Positions 18,575 through 29,125 of a DNA stretch of 64,000 nucleotides are shown here, in pieces; the stretch's first letter is position 1, and each line of letters begins with the position of its first letter. The notes beneath the pieces were generated by a model. That model ran no database searches and was not told the DNA's origin. It saw nothing but the letters and a program-made list of their open reading frames with translations. A program made the translations under genes and the position numbers. The stretch is from Allosphingosinicella sp. (lineage in GTDB: Bacteria > Pseudomonadota > Alphaproteobacteria > Sphingomonadales > Sphingomonadaceae): assembly GCA_036387215.1 (NCBI GenBank), contig DASVUE010000164.1. The stretch is one strand, 5' to 3'.

Positions 18575-18679
18575 GTCCGCTTTTGGCAAATCGAAAAGTG
18601 GGCTGAATGGCTGCTATTGGCGCAAAGCAGAGTTTAGATTACCGACCACCTAACGTCGGCAAAGGGCGCTTAGCGGCCG
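18575..18679 (+). repeat. Hairpin repeat cluster (3 units)
   Basis: GTCCGCTTTT..AAAAGTGGGC; AATGGCTGCTATTGGCGCAAAGCAGAG; AACGTCGGCAAAGGGCGCTTAGCGGCC. Confidence 0.55.
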
Positions 18680-19041
18680 CACGGCAGGTAACGGCACCAC
18701 CTTGGCAAGGGTGCCTACGGATCCCGCTCATCCGGGCGAATGGCGGCATGATATTCGCGGTGCCCCGCAACTCGGCCTATCGCCTCCTTCAGAGCGGCCA
18801 AGCTCTTATTCCTAGAGCGCACAGAGCAACTGCAGGCAAGCGCGCAGGACGCCCTCTCGGGCACGACGGCCGAGAAGGCGTTGCGAAGGCTCGGCAACGC
18901 AATCGCCTTGCTCGACGGCTCCGCCCCGCCTGAGTAGCTCCAGGAGGCTAGAAGCGACTTTCGGCCTTGCTACAGACGGCGTGGCTCTGCTTTGGGCCCG
19001 CAGAGCTGCCTCGGCAGCCGAGCATCAGGGGGTCCGCCGTT

Positions 19042-19983
19042 TTGCAGCTTACAGATCAAGCACAGCATCGCTTGCCCGATCTCCTCAGCTTCCTCGAGAG
19101 CTGCGGCTACGAATTCGTGACCCCGACGCCTGCCACCCAACGGAGGGTGTTATCCAGGCCGGACAAGCTTGCCGCTCGCGGCCTTCGCGACTTCTTCGGC
19201 TGGAACCTGCCGGCCGAAGCGTCGCTGCTCCCCGACCGAATCATCGAGTCACTTAAAGTCTCCGGCGCCCTCAGACGGGAGCAGGACGGAAGGCTGCGGA
19301 GCCGAGTCCGGGTGGCACGCCTCTGCGGCGATCTCTTCCTCCATTCGGCCTTTCCGACGGACGACGACAGGTCGGTATTCCTAGGTCCAGACAGCTATCG
19401 TTTTGCCAATCTGCTGATGCGGGAGTTGGCCAACGTCGAAGGAGAGCCGCGCCTGGTGGATTTTGGAACCGGCGCCGGTGTCGGAGGAATCGTCGCAGCA
19501 AGGCAGATCCATCCTTCCCGCGTGACACTCCTCGACACGAATCCGCTCGCGCTGAGACTCGCAGCCATCAATGCCGCTCATGCAGGCTTGGAGGTGGAGC
19601 TCATCGAGGGCTCGTCATTGTCTGAGGTGCTCGGCAACGTCGACGTGGTGATCGCCAATCCCCCTTTCATGATAGACTCGGATCAGAGGACGTATCGAAG
19701 TGGCGGAGATCTTCACGGAGCACGGGTTTCACTCGATTGGTCGCTCGCAGCTGCCGAGCGGCTGACGCCGGGTGGGCGCATGATCCTCTATACGGGTGCC
19801 GCCATAGTGGATGGCGCCGACGCGCTGCGGACCGCCCTCGAAGCAGAACTGCCGCGCCTCGGATGCAGCGTTCGATATCAGGAGCTCGATCCCGACATTT
19901 TCGGGGAGGAGCTATCCAGGCCGGGATACGCGCAGGTGGAAAGGATCGCCGCCGTAGCGGCTGTGATCCGCAAAGAGGCCTAG
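19042..19983 (+). CDS. Class I SAM-dependent methyltransferase (HemK/MTS-like); start approximate
   Basis: VFLGPDSYRF, DFGTGAGVG, NPPF and ELDPDIFGEEL. Confidence 0.88.
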   Translation: MQLTDQAQHRLPDLLSFLESCGYEFVTPTPATQRRVLSRPDKLAARGLRDFFGWNLPAEASLLPDRIIESLKVSGALRREQDGRLRSRVRVARLCGDLFLHSAFPTDDDRSVFLGPDSYRFANLLMRELANVEGEPRLVDFGTGAGVGGIVAARQIHPSRVTLLDTNPLALRLAAINAAHAGLEVELIEGSSLSEVLGNVDVVIANPPFMIDSDQRTYRSGGDLHGARVSLDWSLAAAERLTPGGRMILYTGAAIVDGADALRTALEAELPRLGCSVRYQELDPDIFGEELSRPGYAQVERIAAVAAVIRKEA

Positions 19984-20888
19984 AGGCGATCGCCGCCGGC
20001 TGCTTCTTCCCTTTTGTGGAGATAAACCGCCGGGCCGCTTATCCGGCTTGTCAGGATGCCGACGGCGAACATGGGGCTGTTGTGAGCCCAGCCGACCTGT
20101 CCGTCCTTTCGGATGCCGATGCCTCCGCCATCCGCTTCCGCACCCCCAGTTCCGGGGAGCTTCGCAACCGACTTCGCAATGGCGCTTTCGACGCTTTCGC
20201 CGTCTTCCAGTGAGGCCATGATCCTGCCGGACAACGCCAAGCGGGTTATGGTCTCACCGTCGCCGGAGAAACAAACGGCGCCGATGTGGTTGTCGGCGTA
20301 AAGGCCCCCACCCGGAAGCGGGCTGTCGCCGATCCGGCCCACCTTCTGTCCGTTAATGCCGCCGGTGGAAGTCCCGGCGGCAAGGTTGCCGCGCTGATCG
20401 AACGCCACCGCGCCAACCGTGTCATGCTGCCCTTCGGAAGCGGCTTGCTTCTCTGCCTCCGCCAGCAATTCCTGCTCGGTTGCCAGTGGAACGCCTCTCT
20501 CCTTCGCGAACTTGGTAGCGCCCTCACCGACGAGGAGCACCTCCTTCTCCGCTATGAGGAGCCGGGCTACGCCGATCGGGTTGCGGACCTCCCGGATCGC
20601 TCCGACCGCGCCCGCCGACAGATCCCGCCCATCCATGAGGCCGGCGCACATCTCGACGCCTCCAGCCTGGTTCGGCACCGAGCCGCGTCCCGCGTTGAAG
20701 ACTGGCAGATCCTCCAAGGTCCGAATTGCGGTCTCGACCGCGTCGAGCGCGCTCCCGCCGGACGCCAGGACTGCCGCTCCTGCCTGAACCGCCTGATGCA
20801 CCCCGTCCCTGTTTGCCTGCTCTTCAGCGGCGTCCCAGGGCTTCGCGCCGCCGTGCACGATGAGAGACCAACCTTCAGATTGCGCCAT
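19980..20888 (-). CDS. Isoaspartyl peptidase/L-asparaginase (Ntn hydrolase)
   Basis: IVHGGA, LED.P.FNAGRGS, DTVGAVA, AAGTSTGG and GRIGDSP..G.G.YA. Confidence 0.93.
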   Translation of the reverse strand: MAQSEGWSLIVHGGAKPWDAAEEQANRDGVHQAVQAGAAVLASGGSALDAVETAIRTLEDLPVFNAGRGSVPNQAGGVEMCAGLMDGRDLSAGAVGAIREVRNPIGVARLLIAEKEVLLVGEGATKFAKERGVPLATEQELLAEAEKQAASEGQHDTVGAVAFDQRGNLAAGTSTGGINGQKVGRIGDSPLPGGGLYADNHIGAVCFSGDGETITRLALSGRIMASLEDGESVESAIAKSVAKLPGTGGAEADGGGIGIRKDGQVGWAHNSPMFAVGILTSRISGPAVYLHKREEAAGGDRL

Positions 20889-21693
20889 TGCTGCTCCGTT
20901 TTCCCGTTTTGCGCCCTGCCATTGCGAGTGCCACCGAGGCAGCAACGATTGTTACTATGGCGGCGGCCGCCCAGGGCGGCCGGGCTGTTCCACGCCTGGT
21001 GGACGGATCCTCCCCGCGCCGCAGGCCTGGGAGCCGCTCCAGGGCATTCGAGGCACGGGCGAGTGAGGAGCTGAGCCCCTTGAGAGGCGACGATGCTGCT
21101 CCTGTCCGTCCTCGGATGAGCGAGTCCACGCCGTCGCGGCAGTGATCGAGGATGGTGAGAGGCACCGCCGCCAGCACATTGCCCGGCGGACGTCGTGAGA
21201 CGATCGCGTGGGGGCGAGTTGGCGATAATGCCCGAACTGCCTCCCAGGCTATGCCAAGACGCCGGAGCTCGGAAACTCCAAGCTTCATCTGCAAGGCGGG
21301 CAGGAGCTTGTCTTCTTCATCGCGGACATCTTCTCGGAGAAGCTCCACCAGCCGCTCAAGCACTCGATGCCGCTCGGCAGAACTTTGCTCCAGCGTTTCG
21401 AGCCGGGTGGCGAGCTCGTTAATCTCCTGATGCTCGAGCTCCACCTGAAGCGTCAGCTCGTGCCCATCCACGAGAACACGCCGAATGACCGGCCAGAGGA
21501 CTGTTTCCTCCGCATAGGCATGTGGGAAAACCAAGCGATAGATCTGGAGAAGGACAGCGTTCTGCTCCGCCGGAGGCGCGGCGCCCAGCCGGCCCAGCAA
21601 GCGATCGAGCTTTACGTGGTCGCGCTTCTGTCGGCTGAGCACGCTTCCAGCACCGCCCATTTCCTCCACGCTCTGATGCGCCAATGACTTCAT
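20875..21693 (-). CDS. Hemerythrin-domain protein with C-terminal membrane anchor
   Basis: DH, HAYAEETVLWP, EHQEI, DEED.LLP and PTRPH motifs. Confidence 0.85.
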   Translation of the reverse strand: MKSLAHQSVEEMGGAGSVLSRQKRDHVKLDRLLGRLGAAPPAEQNAVLLQIYRLVFPHAYAEETVLWPVIRRVLVDGHELTLQVELEHQEINELATRLETLEQSSAERHRVLERLVELLREDVRDEEDKLLPALQMKLGVSELRRLGIAWEAVRALSPTRPHAIVSRRPPGNVLAAVPLTILDHCRDGVDSLIRGRTGAASSPLKGLSSSLARASNALERLPGLRRGEDPSTRRGTARPPWAAAAIVTIVAASVALAMAGRKTGKRSSNGAI

Positions 21694-22057
21694 TTGCTTC
21701 CTTTTGGCCATACGAACTGGCGCCACGTCGTACTGTAGTTCACCGCAATTCGCGTTCGATCAGCCGGCCTGCTTGTGTCCTCTCTGTGCCATAGATAGGC
21801 CCACGATCATTCAGTCGAGACGAACGAGGCGCGGGCGGCACCGTTGCAGAAATAGTGCCTAACATAGCTTAGAATGCGAAGGATTGCGCAACTCGACGCG
21901 TCGTTGAGGAGCTTCAGACCTCCACTATCGTGCCGTGGCAGCGCCGAAGGCGACCTGCGACTGCCTCGCCATTTTGGCAGGAACTATCGGTATTTAGGGA
22001 GTTTCTGCGCTTCCACTCTTCGGCAGATCACTCCGGTCGGTCGCTGCGGATGCACCC

Positions 22058-22888
22058 ATGGAGATCGCCGTGACATCGAGCCCAAAACCGTCGCAGACAG
22101 GCACGCTCATCATCATCGGTGGCCATGAAGACCGGGAGCCGAGCGGTGAGCGAATCATCCTGAAAGAGGTTGCCCGCCGTGTGGGCCCGTCCAAACTCGT
22201 CCTGGCTACCGTCGCAAGCCACCAACCGGAAGGCTATTACGACGACTATGACAAGGCCTTCGCGGACCTTGAAACAGGGGAGCTAGTGGAGCTCTACGTC
22301 ACCAACCGGGCGGAAACGGCCGAAAAGCTGGACCTCCTCCGGGACGCTGGAGGTGTCTTCTTCTCGGGCGGGGATCAGCTGCGGCTTACATCCCAGATCG
22401 GCGGGACCCAAATTGAGGACGAGTTGCATCGGCTCCTTGCACGCGGAGGCGTGATCGCGGGCACATCCGCTGGTGCGTCGATGATGAGCGACACGATGCT
22501 GGTCAAAGGCTCAAGCTCGGAGACGCACAGGATCGGAGACCTCCATATGGCTCCCGGGCTCGGGCTGATCCGGGACGTCATCATCGACCAGCATTTTGCG
22601 GAACGAGGCCGCTTTGGACGCCTGATTGGTGCGATCGCGCACAATCCCCGGGTGCTTGGCCTCGGCATCGATGAAGACACGGCCGTGGTTGTCGAAGGTG
22701 ACGTCCTAACCGCCATCGGCAACGGCGCGGTCTACATCGTGGACGCGAAGAAGGCAGCTTACTCCAACGTCGCGGAGGCCGGTTCAAATCGGGTTCTGTC
22801 GCTGCACGACATCCAGGTTCACGTGCTCGCAGCGGGCGATAGCTTCGACATGCAAGTGCGGCGCGCCTCCCCCGCCTCTCGAAGCTGA
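22058..22888 (+). CDS. cphB: Cyanophycinase (peptidase S51)
   Basis: IIGGHED, FFSGGDQLRL, GTSAGA, DQHFAERGRFGRL and GIDEDT. Confidence 0.93.
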   Translation: MEIAVTSSPKPSQTGTLIIIGGHEDREPSGERIILKEVARRVGPSKLVLATVASHQPEGYYDDYDKAFADLETGELVELYVTNRAETAEKLDLLRDAGGVFFSGGDQLRLTSQIGGTQIEDELHRLLARGGVIAGTSAGASMMSDTMLVKGSSSETHRIGDLHMAPGLGLIRDVIIDQHFAERGRFGRLIGAIAHNPRVLGLGIDEDTAVVVEGDVLTAIGNGAVYIVDAKKAAYSNVAEAGSNRVLSLHDIQVHVLAAGDSFDMQVRRASPASRS

Positions 22889-22899
22889 ATGGATCGGCC

Positions 22900-23790
22900 A
22901 TGGAGCTCAGAAACAAGGTTGCGCTCGTAACCGGAGCTGGTCCGGGGATCGGCAAGGCCGCAGCCCTGAATATGCGGACGGCAAGATTCCTCTGACAGAC
23001 GGTGAAGGCGGATCGGCTGAAGAAGTGGCCGAGTTGCTCCTGTTTCTGGTGTCGGAGCGAGGCCGGTTCATCTCCGGCACCCCCATCTGGATCGCCGTCG
23101 AGAGGACGGGGAAGGGCCGGCCGGTACTCGTGTTCCCAGCATTTCTCGGGAATGATCTTATGACGGTGCGGCTGCGGAGGACGCTCGCTGCTGCCGGCTA
23201 TCGGCCATTCGGCTGGGCCAACGGCATCAACCTAGGGCGTGCGGCCGGACACGTTCGAGCGGTTGGGCCGCCGCCTCGACGAGGTGTTGCAGACCGCCAG
23301 AGGGCCTGTTGCGTTGATCGGCTGGAGCCTCGGCGGCCTCTATGCTCGAGAGCTCGCAAAGCGCCGACCGGACGAGGTGTCGCTGGTCATCACGCTCGGC
23401 ACATTCTGGCAGGCGATCTCAGTCGAAGCGCTCCCAACGACGTGGCTCGATCCCTGGGGGTTCGGGAGCCGGGGCCGGTCGCGCGGCGTGCGCAACTGGA
23501 TCAACTCAGCAACAAACGGGATTACCAGTAGCCCCTCCCTGTTCGTCCCGCGTCACCTGGGCAACGGTCGCGGCGAGGCCCGCAGCCTCTATGACAACAG
23601 CGTAGCCGCTTCCACGCTCGGTCCTTGTAGACTTCGATCGTCTGAATGACGGAAACGTCAGGTTCTGCCTGGCGGCCACAGACGTCGAGGCGGGCGAACC
23701 GGTGTTCTTCGATACTGCTAAAGGCGACTGCATCGAGGTCGAGCACCTTCTCGCCAGCAGCAGGCTGCTCCCCGTGTTCGAGCCGACCCG
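22900..23790 (+). pseudogene. Fused remnants of an SDR, an alpha/beta hydrolase and a patatin-like phospholipase
   Basis: KVALVTGAGPGIGKA and LFLVSERGRFISGTPIWI (SDR); PVLVFPAF and GWSLGG (hydrolase); SLYD...LVDFDRLN.G.VR...ATDVEAGEPVFFD (patatin). Contains frameshifts and stops. Confidence 0.7.
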
Positions 23791-23890
23791 TGTGGGAGAC
23801 CCCTTTGCTTTGCCCCTCGGCTGACCTGTCACGCCATCACTGTGGCGGCAAGGGTTCGTAGGCGAACGTAGCTCCTCTGCCTTGATGAAG

Positions 23891-24011
23891 GTCCGCTTTC
23901 CTAACGCTCTCCAGTGGCCGCCAATGGCCGGTTTTAGCGCAAAGCAGACGCCTCTGCCCTGCGTCTGCTTCTGGCCGAAAGCAGACCGTCCGCTTTCGAA
24001 TCGGAAGCGGC
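23891..24011 (+). repeat. Hairpin repeat cluster (about 4 units)
   Basis: GTCTGCTTCTGGCCGAAAGCAGAC; GTCCGCTTTCGAATCGGAAGCGGC; AATGGCCGGTTTTAGCGCAAAGCAGAC. Confidence 0.6.
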
Positions 24012-24091
24012 GAAATCAGACACGATCACTGAGGCCAAGCTCTCGCGAGATTAAGCTTTGGGCTGCGACATCCAAACCACCTAATGCGCCG

Positions 24092-24127
24092 CCTCCGGTA
24101 AGTTACTTAGGGAGAATCTCCGAATAT
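24092..24127 (+). promoter_or_regulatory. FixJ-like box, copy 1
   Basis: CCTCCGGTAAGTTACTTAGGGAGAATCTCCGAATAT, upstream of the 24181 gene. Confidence 0.7.
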
Positions 24128-24180
24128 CGCACTCGTGCCAGTCCATCTAGTCTGCTCCCGGCAACGAGAGGAGCAGCGAG

Positions 24181-24669
24181 ATGCGTTACGAACAGACCAG
24201 AGCCAAAGATAGCTTCACCAAAGTCGATGTAGCTGCTGTTTGGCCCACCAGTGCGACCATGGCTCCGCTGCCGCTCCTCGATAGCGAAGAGGTATCCGAA
24301 GGTGCGGTTTTCAGCCCAACAGCGGCGGCGCCCGACGTGCCTGCTGCAGTGGGCAAGCTGATCGTCTGCTCCTACGTCGGTCTGCTGGGCGCGTTCGCAC
24401 TCGCCACGGTGGCTTCTTCTTATTCGATCTACATGATGACGATCAGCGCGCTCTTTTTGGTGGCGTACTTTACCGTGCCTTGGCTTTTCTTCCGCCAAGA
24501 GCCCGGGCAGGAAGCGCGGCCAAGCTTCGATCGCTTCATGCAGAACGGAATGGAGACGCTCACGGGGCACAGCACCGGTGGTGCGGCTCTGGTTCAAATG
24601 ATGATCGTCCCGGTTCTACTCACGTTCGGAGTGCTACTGATGGCGATCGCGGCCGCAGTGATCATGTGA
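24181..24669 (+). CDS. Hypothetical membrane protein
   Basis: GAGGAG RBS, three hydrophobic segments, and GMETLTG...GGAALVQMMIVP. Confidence 0.7.
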   Translation: MRYEQTRAKDSFTKVDVAAVWPTSATMAPLPLLDSEEVSEGAVFSPTAAAPDVPAAVGKLIVCSYVGLLGAFALATVASSYSIYMMTISALFLVAYFTVPWLFFRQEPGQEARPSFDRFMQNGMETLTGHSTGGAALVQMMIVPVLLTFGVLLMAIAAAVIM

Positions 24670-24705
24670 AGAGCAGACAGGCGCCGCCTGGAGGACCGGC
24701 GGTGC

Positions 24706-25320
24706 TTAGCCGGTGAGCCTCGCAGTCGTGACCATGCGCACCAGCTCCGAGAGGCTCCCGGCGTTCATCTTCGTCATCACGTTCGCGCGGTACACTTCGA
24801 CGGTTCGGGCGCTGATGTTGAGGTCGAAGGCGATCACCTTGTTCGCGTGACCCTCGACCAGACCGTCTAGGACCTCCTTCTCCCGTTGCGACAATGTCGC
24901 CATGCGAGTCTTGATGGCTTCGCGCTCGGCATCGGCTTCCTCACGGCCGCTGCGACGCGCGAGGGCCGATCGGATCGCGTTCAAGATAGCATCGTCGCTG
25001 AAAGGCTTTTCGAGGAAGTCTGACACGCCCGCCTTCATCGCCTGGATCGCCATCGGGACGTCAGCATGCCCCGTGACAACGATGACCGGATCAGGAATCT
25101 TCAGCGCCTTGAGTCGATCGACAAGCTCAACCCCGCTCATCTCCGGCATCCTGACGTCTGTGACGATGCAGCCATGTTCCATGTGCGGGACGGAGTCGAG
25201 GAACTGGACGGCGGAGCTGTAGCTGCGGACCTGCATGCCTGCGCAGTCTATCAGGAACGCGAGCGCCTCCCGCGCCGAATCATCGTCGTCGATCACGTGC
25301 ACAACTGGCTCAGCGGCCAT
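24706..25320 (-). CDS. fixJ: Response regulator FixJ
   Basis: [31 protein letters not shown], and a LuxR HTH ([26 protein letters not shown]). Confidence 0.95.
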   Translation of the reverse strand: MAAEPVVHVIDDDDSAREALAFLIDCAGMQVRSYSSAVQFLDSVPHMEHGCIVTDVRMPEMSGVELVDRLKALKIPDPVIVVTGHADVPMAIQAMKAGVSDFLEKPFSDDAILNAIRSALARRSGREEADAEREAIKTRMATLSQREKEVLDGLVEGHANKVIAFDLNISARTVEVYRANVMTKMNAGSLSELVRMVTTARLTG

Positions 25321-26809
25321 CCAGAAGCTCCTCTTTCTCAACGCTCTCAACAGTGAAGCGGAATACAGCGCCGCCGCCAGGGTTCGGCTCAACCCAAATC
25401 CGCCCGCCGTGCGCCTCGATGATCGTCCTGGAGATGGAGAGGCCAACCCCCATCCCGGTTCGCTTGGTGGTGACGAATGGCTGGAAGAGCTGGTCCGCAA
25501 CGTCAGCGCTGATGCCGGGTCCAGTATCAGCAACGCTGACGAGCGCCATCTGGTCATCAGCTAGGGACAGGCTCACCGTCAGTTCGCGGCGCGGGTAATC
25601 GATCATCGCGTCGATCGCGTTCCGAATGAGGTTGAGGACGACTTGCTGGATCTGGACCTTGTCCGCGAGAACAAGGTCAATGTTCTTATCGAAATCGAAG
25701 CGGACTCTGATGCCATGCTCCTTCGCACCTACGAGGCCGAGGGCGCTAGCTTCCTCAATCAGCTTCGGAAGGCTCTCGATCGAGCGTTCGGTCTCGCCGC
25801 GCGAAACGAAGTCCCTCAGCCGGCGAATGATCTGGCCTGCGCGAAGCGCCTCCTCGGCGGCACGGTCAACCGCGTGCGCGATGCGCTCCGTTGGGATCTC
25901 GTCCCTCTCGAGGAGCATCTTGCTGCCCTTGAGGAAGTTGGCGATCGCCGAGAGCGGCTGGTTCAGTTCGTGCGCAAGCGATGACGCCATCTCGCCCAGC
26001 GCGGTGAGGCGCGACACGTGGACAAGCTCGGTCTGGAGTTCCTGGAGACGAGTTTCAGTTTGCTGCCGCTCAGTGAGATCCCGGATAAACCCCGTGAAGA
26101 AGCGGCTCTCACCGATCCTCATCTCGCCGACGGCCAACTCCATAGGAAAGGTCGAGCCGTCCTTCCGTTCGCCGACCACCACTCTGCCGACGCCTATGAT
26201 GCGCCTCTCGCCGGTGCGATAATATCGCTCCAGATAGCCGTCGTGCTGTTCCCTATACGGCGACGGCATCAACATGCTGACGTTCTTCCCAGCGACCTCG
26301 AGCGGGGTCCAGCCGAACAGCCGCTCGGCGGCTTGACTGAAATCCCTCATCAGCCCCTGCTCGTCGATGACCACCATGGCATCGGGGATCGTCTCCAGGA
26401 TCGAGCGGAGGTGGGCCTCCCGACGGGCGAGATCACCGGTGATCGCCTCGCCTGCGGCCCTCGCCCTCTGAAACCACTCGCCGCCGATAGTGACCGCCAC
26501 GCCCACGAGGATAAAAACAAGTCCTGCGATCAAATTGCCGCTCGAGATCCCCCCAGTTGCACGATCGAGTGCCAGGCCCGCGGCGGCGCCCACGGCGGTC
26601 GCGAACAGCCCCGGCCATAGCCCCGAAAGGGCGGCTGCGAGCACGACCGCAGGCACCGCGAACAGAAACGTGGCCCGCTGACCCAGATATGGATCCAGGC
26701 CGAACCGCACCGCCATTCCTGCGGCAATGGCTATGACAGCGGCCAGGCAGGCCATCAGGGGTCCTGTACGCAGTAAAGCTGAGCTGATCTCGTTGCCGTT
26801 CCGAGCCAT
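25310..26809 (-). CDS. fixL: Heme-PAS oxygen sensor kinase FixL
   Basis: Membrane N-terminus; [40 protein letters not shown]; HELNQPL; [16 protein letters not shown]. Confidence 0.95.
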   Translation of the reverse strand: MARNGNEISSALLRTGPLMACLAAVIAIAAGMAVRFGLDPYLGQRATFLFAVPAVVLAAALSGLWPGLFATAVGAAAGLALDRATGGISSGNLIAGLVFILVGVAVTIGGEWFQRARAAGEAITGDLARREAHLRSILETIPDAMVVIDEQGLMRDFSQAAERLFGWTPLEVAGKNVSMLMPSPYREQHDGYLERYYRTGERRIIGVGRVVVGERKDGSTFPMELAVGEMRIGESRFFTGFIRDLTERQQTETRLQELQTELVHVSRLTALGEMASSLAHELNQPLSAIANFLKGSKMLLERDEIPTERIAHAVDRAAEEALRAGQIIRRLRDFVSRGETERSIESLPKLIEEASALGLVGAKEHGIRVRFDFDKNIDLVLADKVQIQQVVLNLIRNAIDAMIDYPRRELTVSLSLADDQMALVSVADTGPGISADVADQLFQPFVTTKRTGMGVGLSISRTIIEAHGGRIWVEPNPGGGAVFRFTVESVEKEELLDGR

Positions 26810-26845
26810 CGCGGGCTGCATAGCCGGGAAGCAAGGCGGCGGCGA

Positions 26846-26881
26846 CCTCCGGGATTCTACTTAGGGTGAACACCCGAATTT
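26846..26881 (+). promoter_or_regulatory. FixJ-like box, copy 2
   Basis: CCTCCGGGATTCTACTTAGGGTGAACACCCGAATTT, between fixL and aox. Confidence 0.75.
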
Positions 26882-26954
26882 CGGCATCTTATTGACGGGC
26901 CTAAATCGGCTCCAACGGCAGCGCGGTGATGGCGCAGTCGGCAGGAGATTTGAA

Positions 26955-27644
26955 ATGACCGCACCCTTCATTGACCTTAGCGTTCACCATCAGCCTAAGG
27001 GCCTGTCCGACCGCATCGCGTTCGGCTTCACCAAATTGCTTCGTTGGACCGCCGACACGTTCTTCGCAGAACGTTATGGCCACCGTGCCGTCGTGCTGGA
27101 AACGGTTGCTGCTGTTCCGGGAATGGTGGGCGCCACGATCAACCATCTCGCCTGCCTCCGCCGCATGTGCGACGACAAGGGTTGGATTAAGACGCTCATG
27201 GACGAAGCCGAGAATGAGCGCATGCACCTCATGACCTTCATCGAGATCAGTAAGCCCACCCTCTTTGAGCGTGCCGTGATCATCGGCGTCCAATGGGTCT
27301 TCTACCTCTTTTTCTTCGCCCTCTATCTCGTGAGCTCGAAAACGGCGCACCGGGTGGTCGGCTATTTCGAAGAGGAAGCTGTGATCAGCTACACGCATTA
27401 TCTCGCTGAGATCGACGAGGGCCGCTCCGAGAATGTACCGGCGCCTGCGATCGCCAAGCGCTACTGGGGACTGCCTGAGGGTTCGACGCTCCGGGACGTG
27501 GTTCTGGTCGTCCGCGCCGACGAAGCTCATCACAGGGACGTCAATCACGGGTACGCGAATGAGCTAGCAGGCCTTCCCGTCAGTTCGGTAGCGCCTTGCC
27601 CGCCCCACGTTGAGTTGCAGCCAACCTGGAAGCAGGCAGCTTGA
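26955..27644 (+). CDS. aox: Alternative oxidase
   Basis: [36 protein letters not shown] and [13 protein letters not shown] (di-iron ligands). Confidence 0.97.
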   Translation: MTAPFIDLSVHHQPKGLSDRIAFGFTKLLRWTADTFFAERYGHRAVVLETVAAVPGMVGATINHLACLRRMCDDKGWIKTLMDEAENERMHLMTFIEISKPTLFERAVIIGVQWVFYLFFFALYLVSSKTAHRVVGYFEEEAVISYTHYLAEIDEGRSENVPAPAIAKRYWGLPEGSTLRDVVLVVRADEAHHRDVNHGYANELAGLPVSSVAPCPPHVELQPTWKQAA

Positions 27645-27649
27645 AGGTC

Positions 27650-27680
27650 AGAGGCGGCGGGTCTCCCGCCGCCTCTCTTT
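27650..27680 (+). terminator. Stem-loop after aox
   Basis: AGAGGCGGCGGG-TCT-CCCGCCGCCTCT followed by CTTT. Confidence 0.65.
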
Positions 27681-27694
27681 CTAGGAGCCCAGAA

Positions 27695-28075
27695 ATGGCC
27701 GCTCGTCCCAAGATCCTTCTCGTCGATGACGATCCAGCAGTGCGGGCATCCCTCGCATTCTCGCTCGAGATAGAGGGCTTTCTAATCGAGACGTTCGAAT
27801 GCGGAGAGGACCTGGCACACAAGGCGGACTACCCTCAGGAAGGCTGCCTCGTGATGGATTACCGCCTTCCAGGGATGGACGGTTTGTCGCTTTTGAAGAT
27901 CCTTCGCGGCCGTGGCGTCGAGCTGCCGGCGGTGTTGATCACGAGCGCTCCCAGCCGGCACGTTCGCACCCGTGCGGCCGAGGCGGGCGCAGTGATCATC
28001 GAGAAGCCTCTTCTGGGCGACGCGCTTACCGCAGCTGTTCGGGCTGGTCTGCGAGCGGAAGCGAAGGTGGCCTGA
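27695..28075 (+). CDS. Single-domain response regulator (FixT-like)
   Basis: AGGAG RBS; LVDDD, MDYRLPGMDG and IEKPL. Confidence 0.85.
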   Translation: MAARPKILLVDDDPAVRASLAFSLEIEGFLIETFECGEDLAHKADYPQEGCLVMDYRLPGMDGLSLLKILRGRGVELPAVLITSAPSRHVRTRAAEAGAVIIEKPLLGDALTAAVRAGLRAEAKVA

Positions 28076-28315
28076 GAGCAGTCTCTGCCGTTGAAAGACG
28101 ACTTGAAAACCACTGACGCAGTGTATTGGCGCTGTAGAGCGCCGATGGAGATTTGGGAACATAAAAGCAAAGAAGCTGGCGCGGAAGCTGGGCGACAAGT
28201 TCGCTAAATTGCGCCCTGTGGCACCTTTGCGGGAGCGAGCTGCTTATAGCGCTTTGACACCCTCGTTCGGGGGCAGCTTCAGCCGTTCTTCGCCGGCAGA
28301 CTTCCTTCGCCTCGA

Positions 28316-28528
28316 CTATCCAAACAGCTGCGTCAGCCGACTCCAATAAGGCCGCTCGGCTCCACCTTCAGGCTGCGGATCACCTGAAGCGTCGGCCTTC
28401 TCAGGAGCAGCAGGCGGGACACGCGGCGAATCAGGCTCCCAATCGAACAAAGGTGTTTCCCCGCCCATAAAGTCCGGTGGGAGCCTTGCTTCATCTTCGT
28501 CAGGTTTGCGCTCGGTTTCCATCGGCAT
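28316..28528 (-). CDS. Small hypothetical protein
   Basis: GAGGAG RBS before ATG; 70 aa, acidic and Pro-rich. Confidence 0.4.
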   Translation of the reverse strand: MPMETERKPDEDEARLPPDFMGGETPLFDWEPDSPRVPPAAPEKADASGDPQPEGGAERPYWSRLTQLFG

Positions 28529-28663
28529 TGCTCCTCATGCATCGACTCCGAACACGAGCGAGCTTAGCCCATTCGGCGGCTCGGAGGTAAGGCTCGGACT
28601 GTAAGTATATTTGTGCATGTCAACACGCCGTCCACCTAGGCGCGAATGGCCTGGATCAACCGT

Positions 28664-29037
28664 CTATTCTTCGACCGCCTCAAGCTGGCGCCGCGCGAGG
28701 AGTAGTGCTTCACCGATGGCATCGCGAAGGTCCGCCGACCTAAATGGTTTTCCGATGACGGCGGCATATGGCACAGGCCGAGCAAGGTCACGTGGGCTCC
28801 CGACGATGAATACGACAGGAATTACTTGGTCACGCATATCTTCTGTACCGCTTCAACGCCACTGCCATCCGTGAGGCGTTCGTCGGCCGTGATGAGGTCG
28901 GGGCACTTGCGTTCGGCGGCGGCCACCGCGGATAGCTCGCGGTCCACAACGTCGAATGATGAGTAACCAAGTTCGCGCAGCTCCTCTTCTATGAGTGCCG
29001 CGATTAGGAACTGATCCTCAATGATGAGCGCGTGCAT
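28664..29037 (-). pseudogene. Frameshifted single-domain response regulator (paralogue of 36814-37221)
   Basis: MHALIIEDQF...CPDLITADERLTDGSG; a shift near 28832 restores DQVIPVVFIVG..GKPFR. Confidence 0.8.
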
Positions 29038-29125
29038 GTTCGGCACCCCCACACAAGAAAATACTCGCAGCTGGACATTGAGTCGAGTCGATGCGCGGAG
29101 GTCCGGCCGAAAGGCGGCTTTGAAG

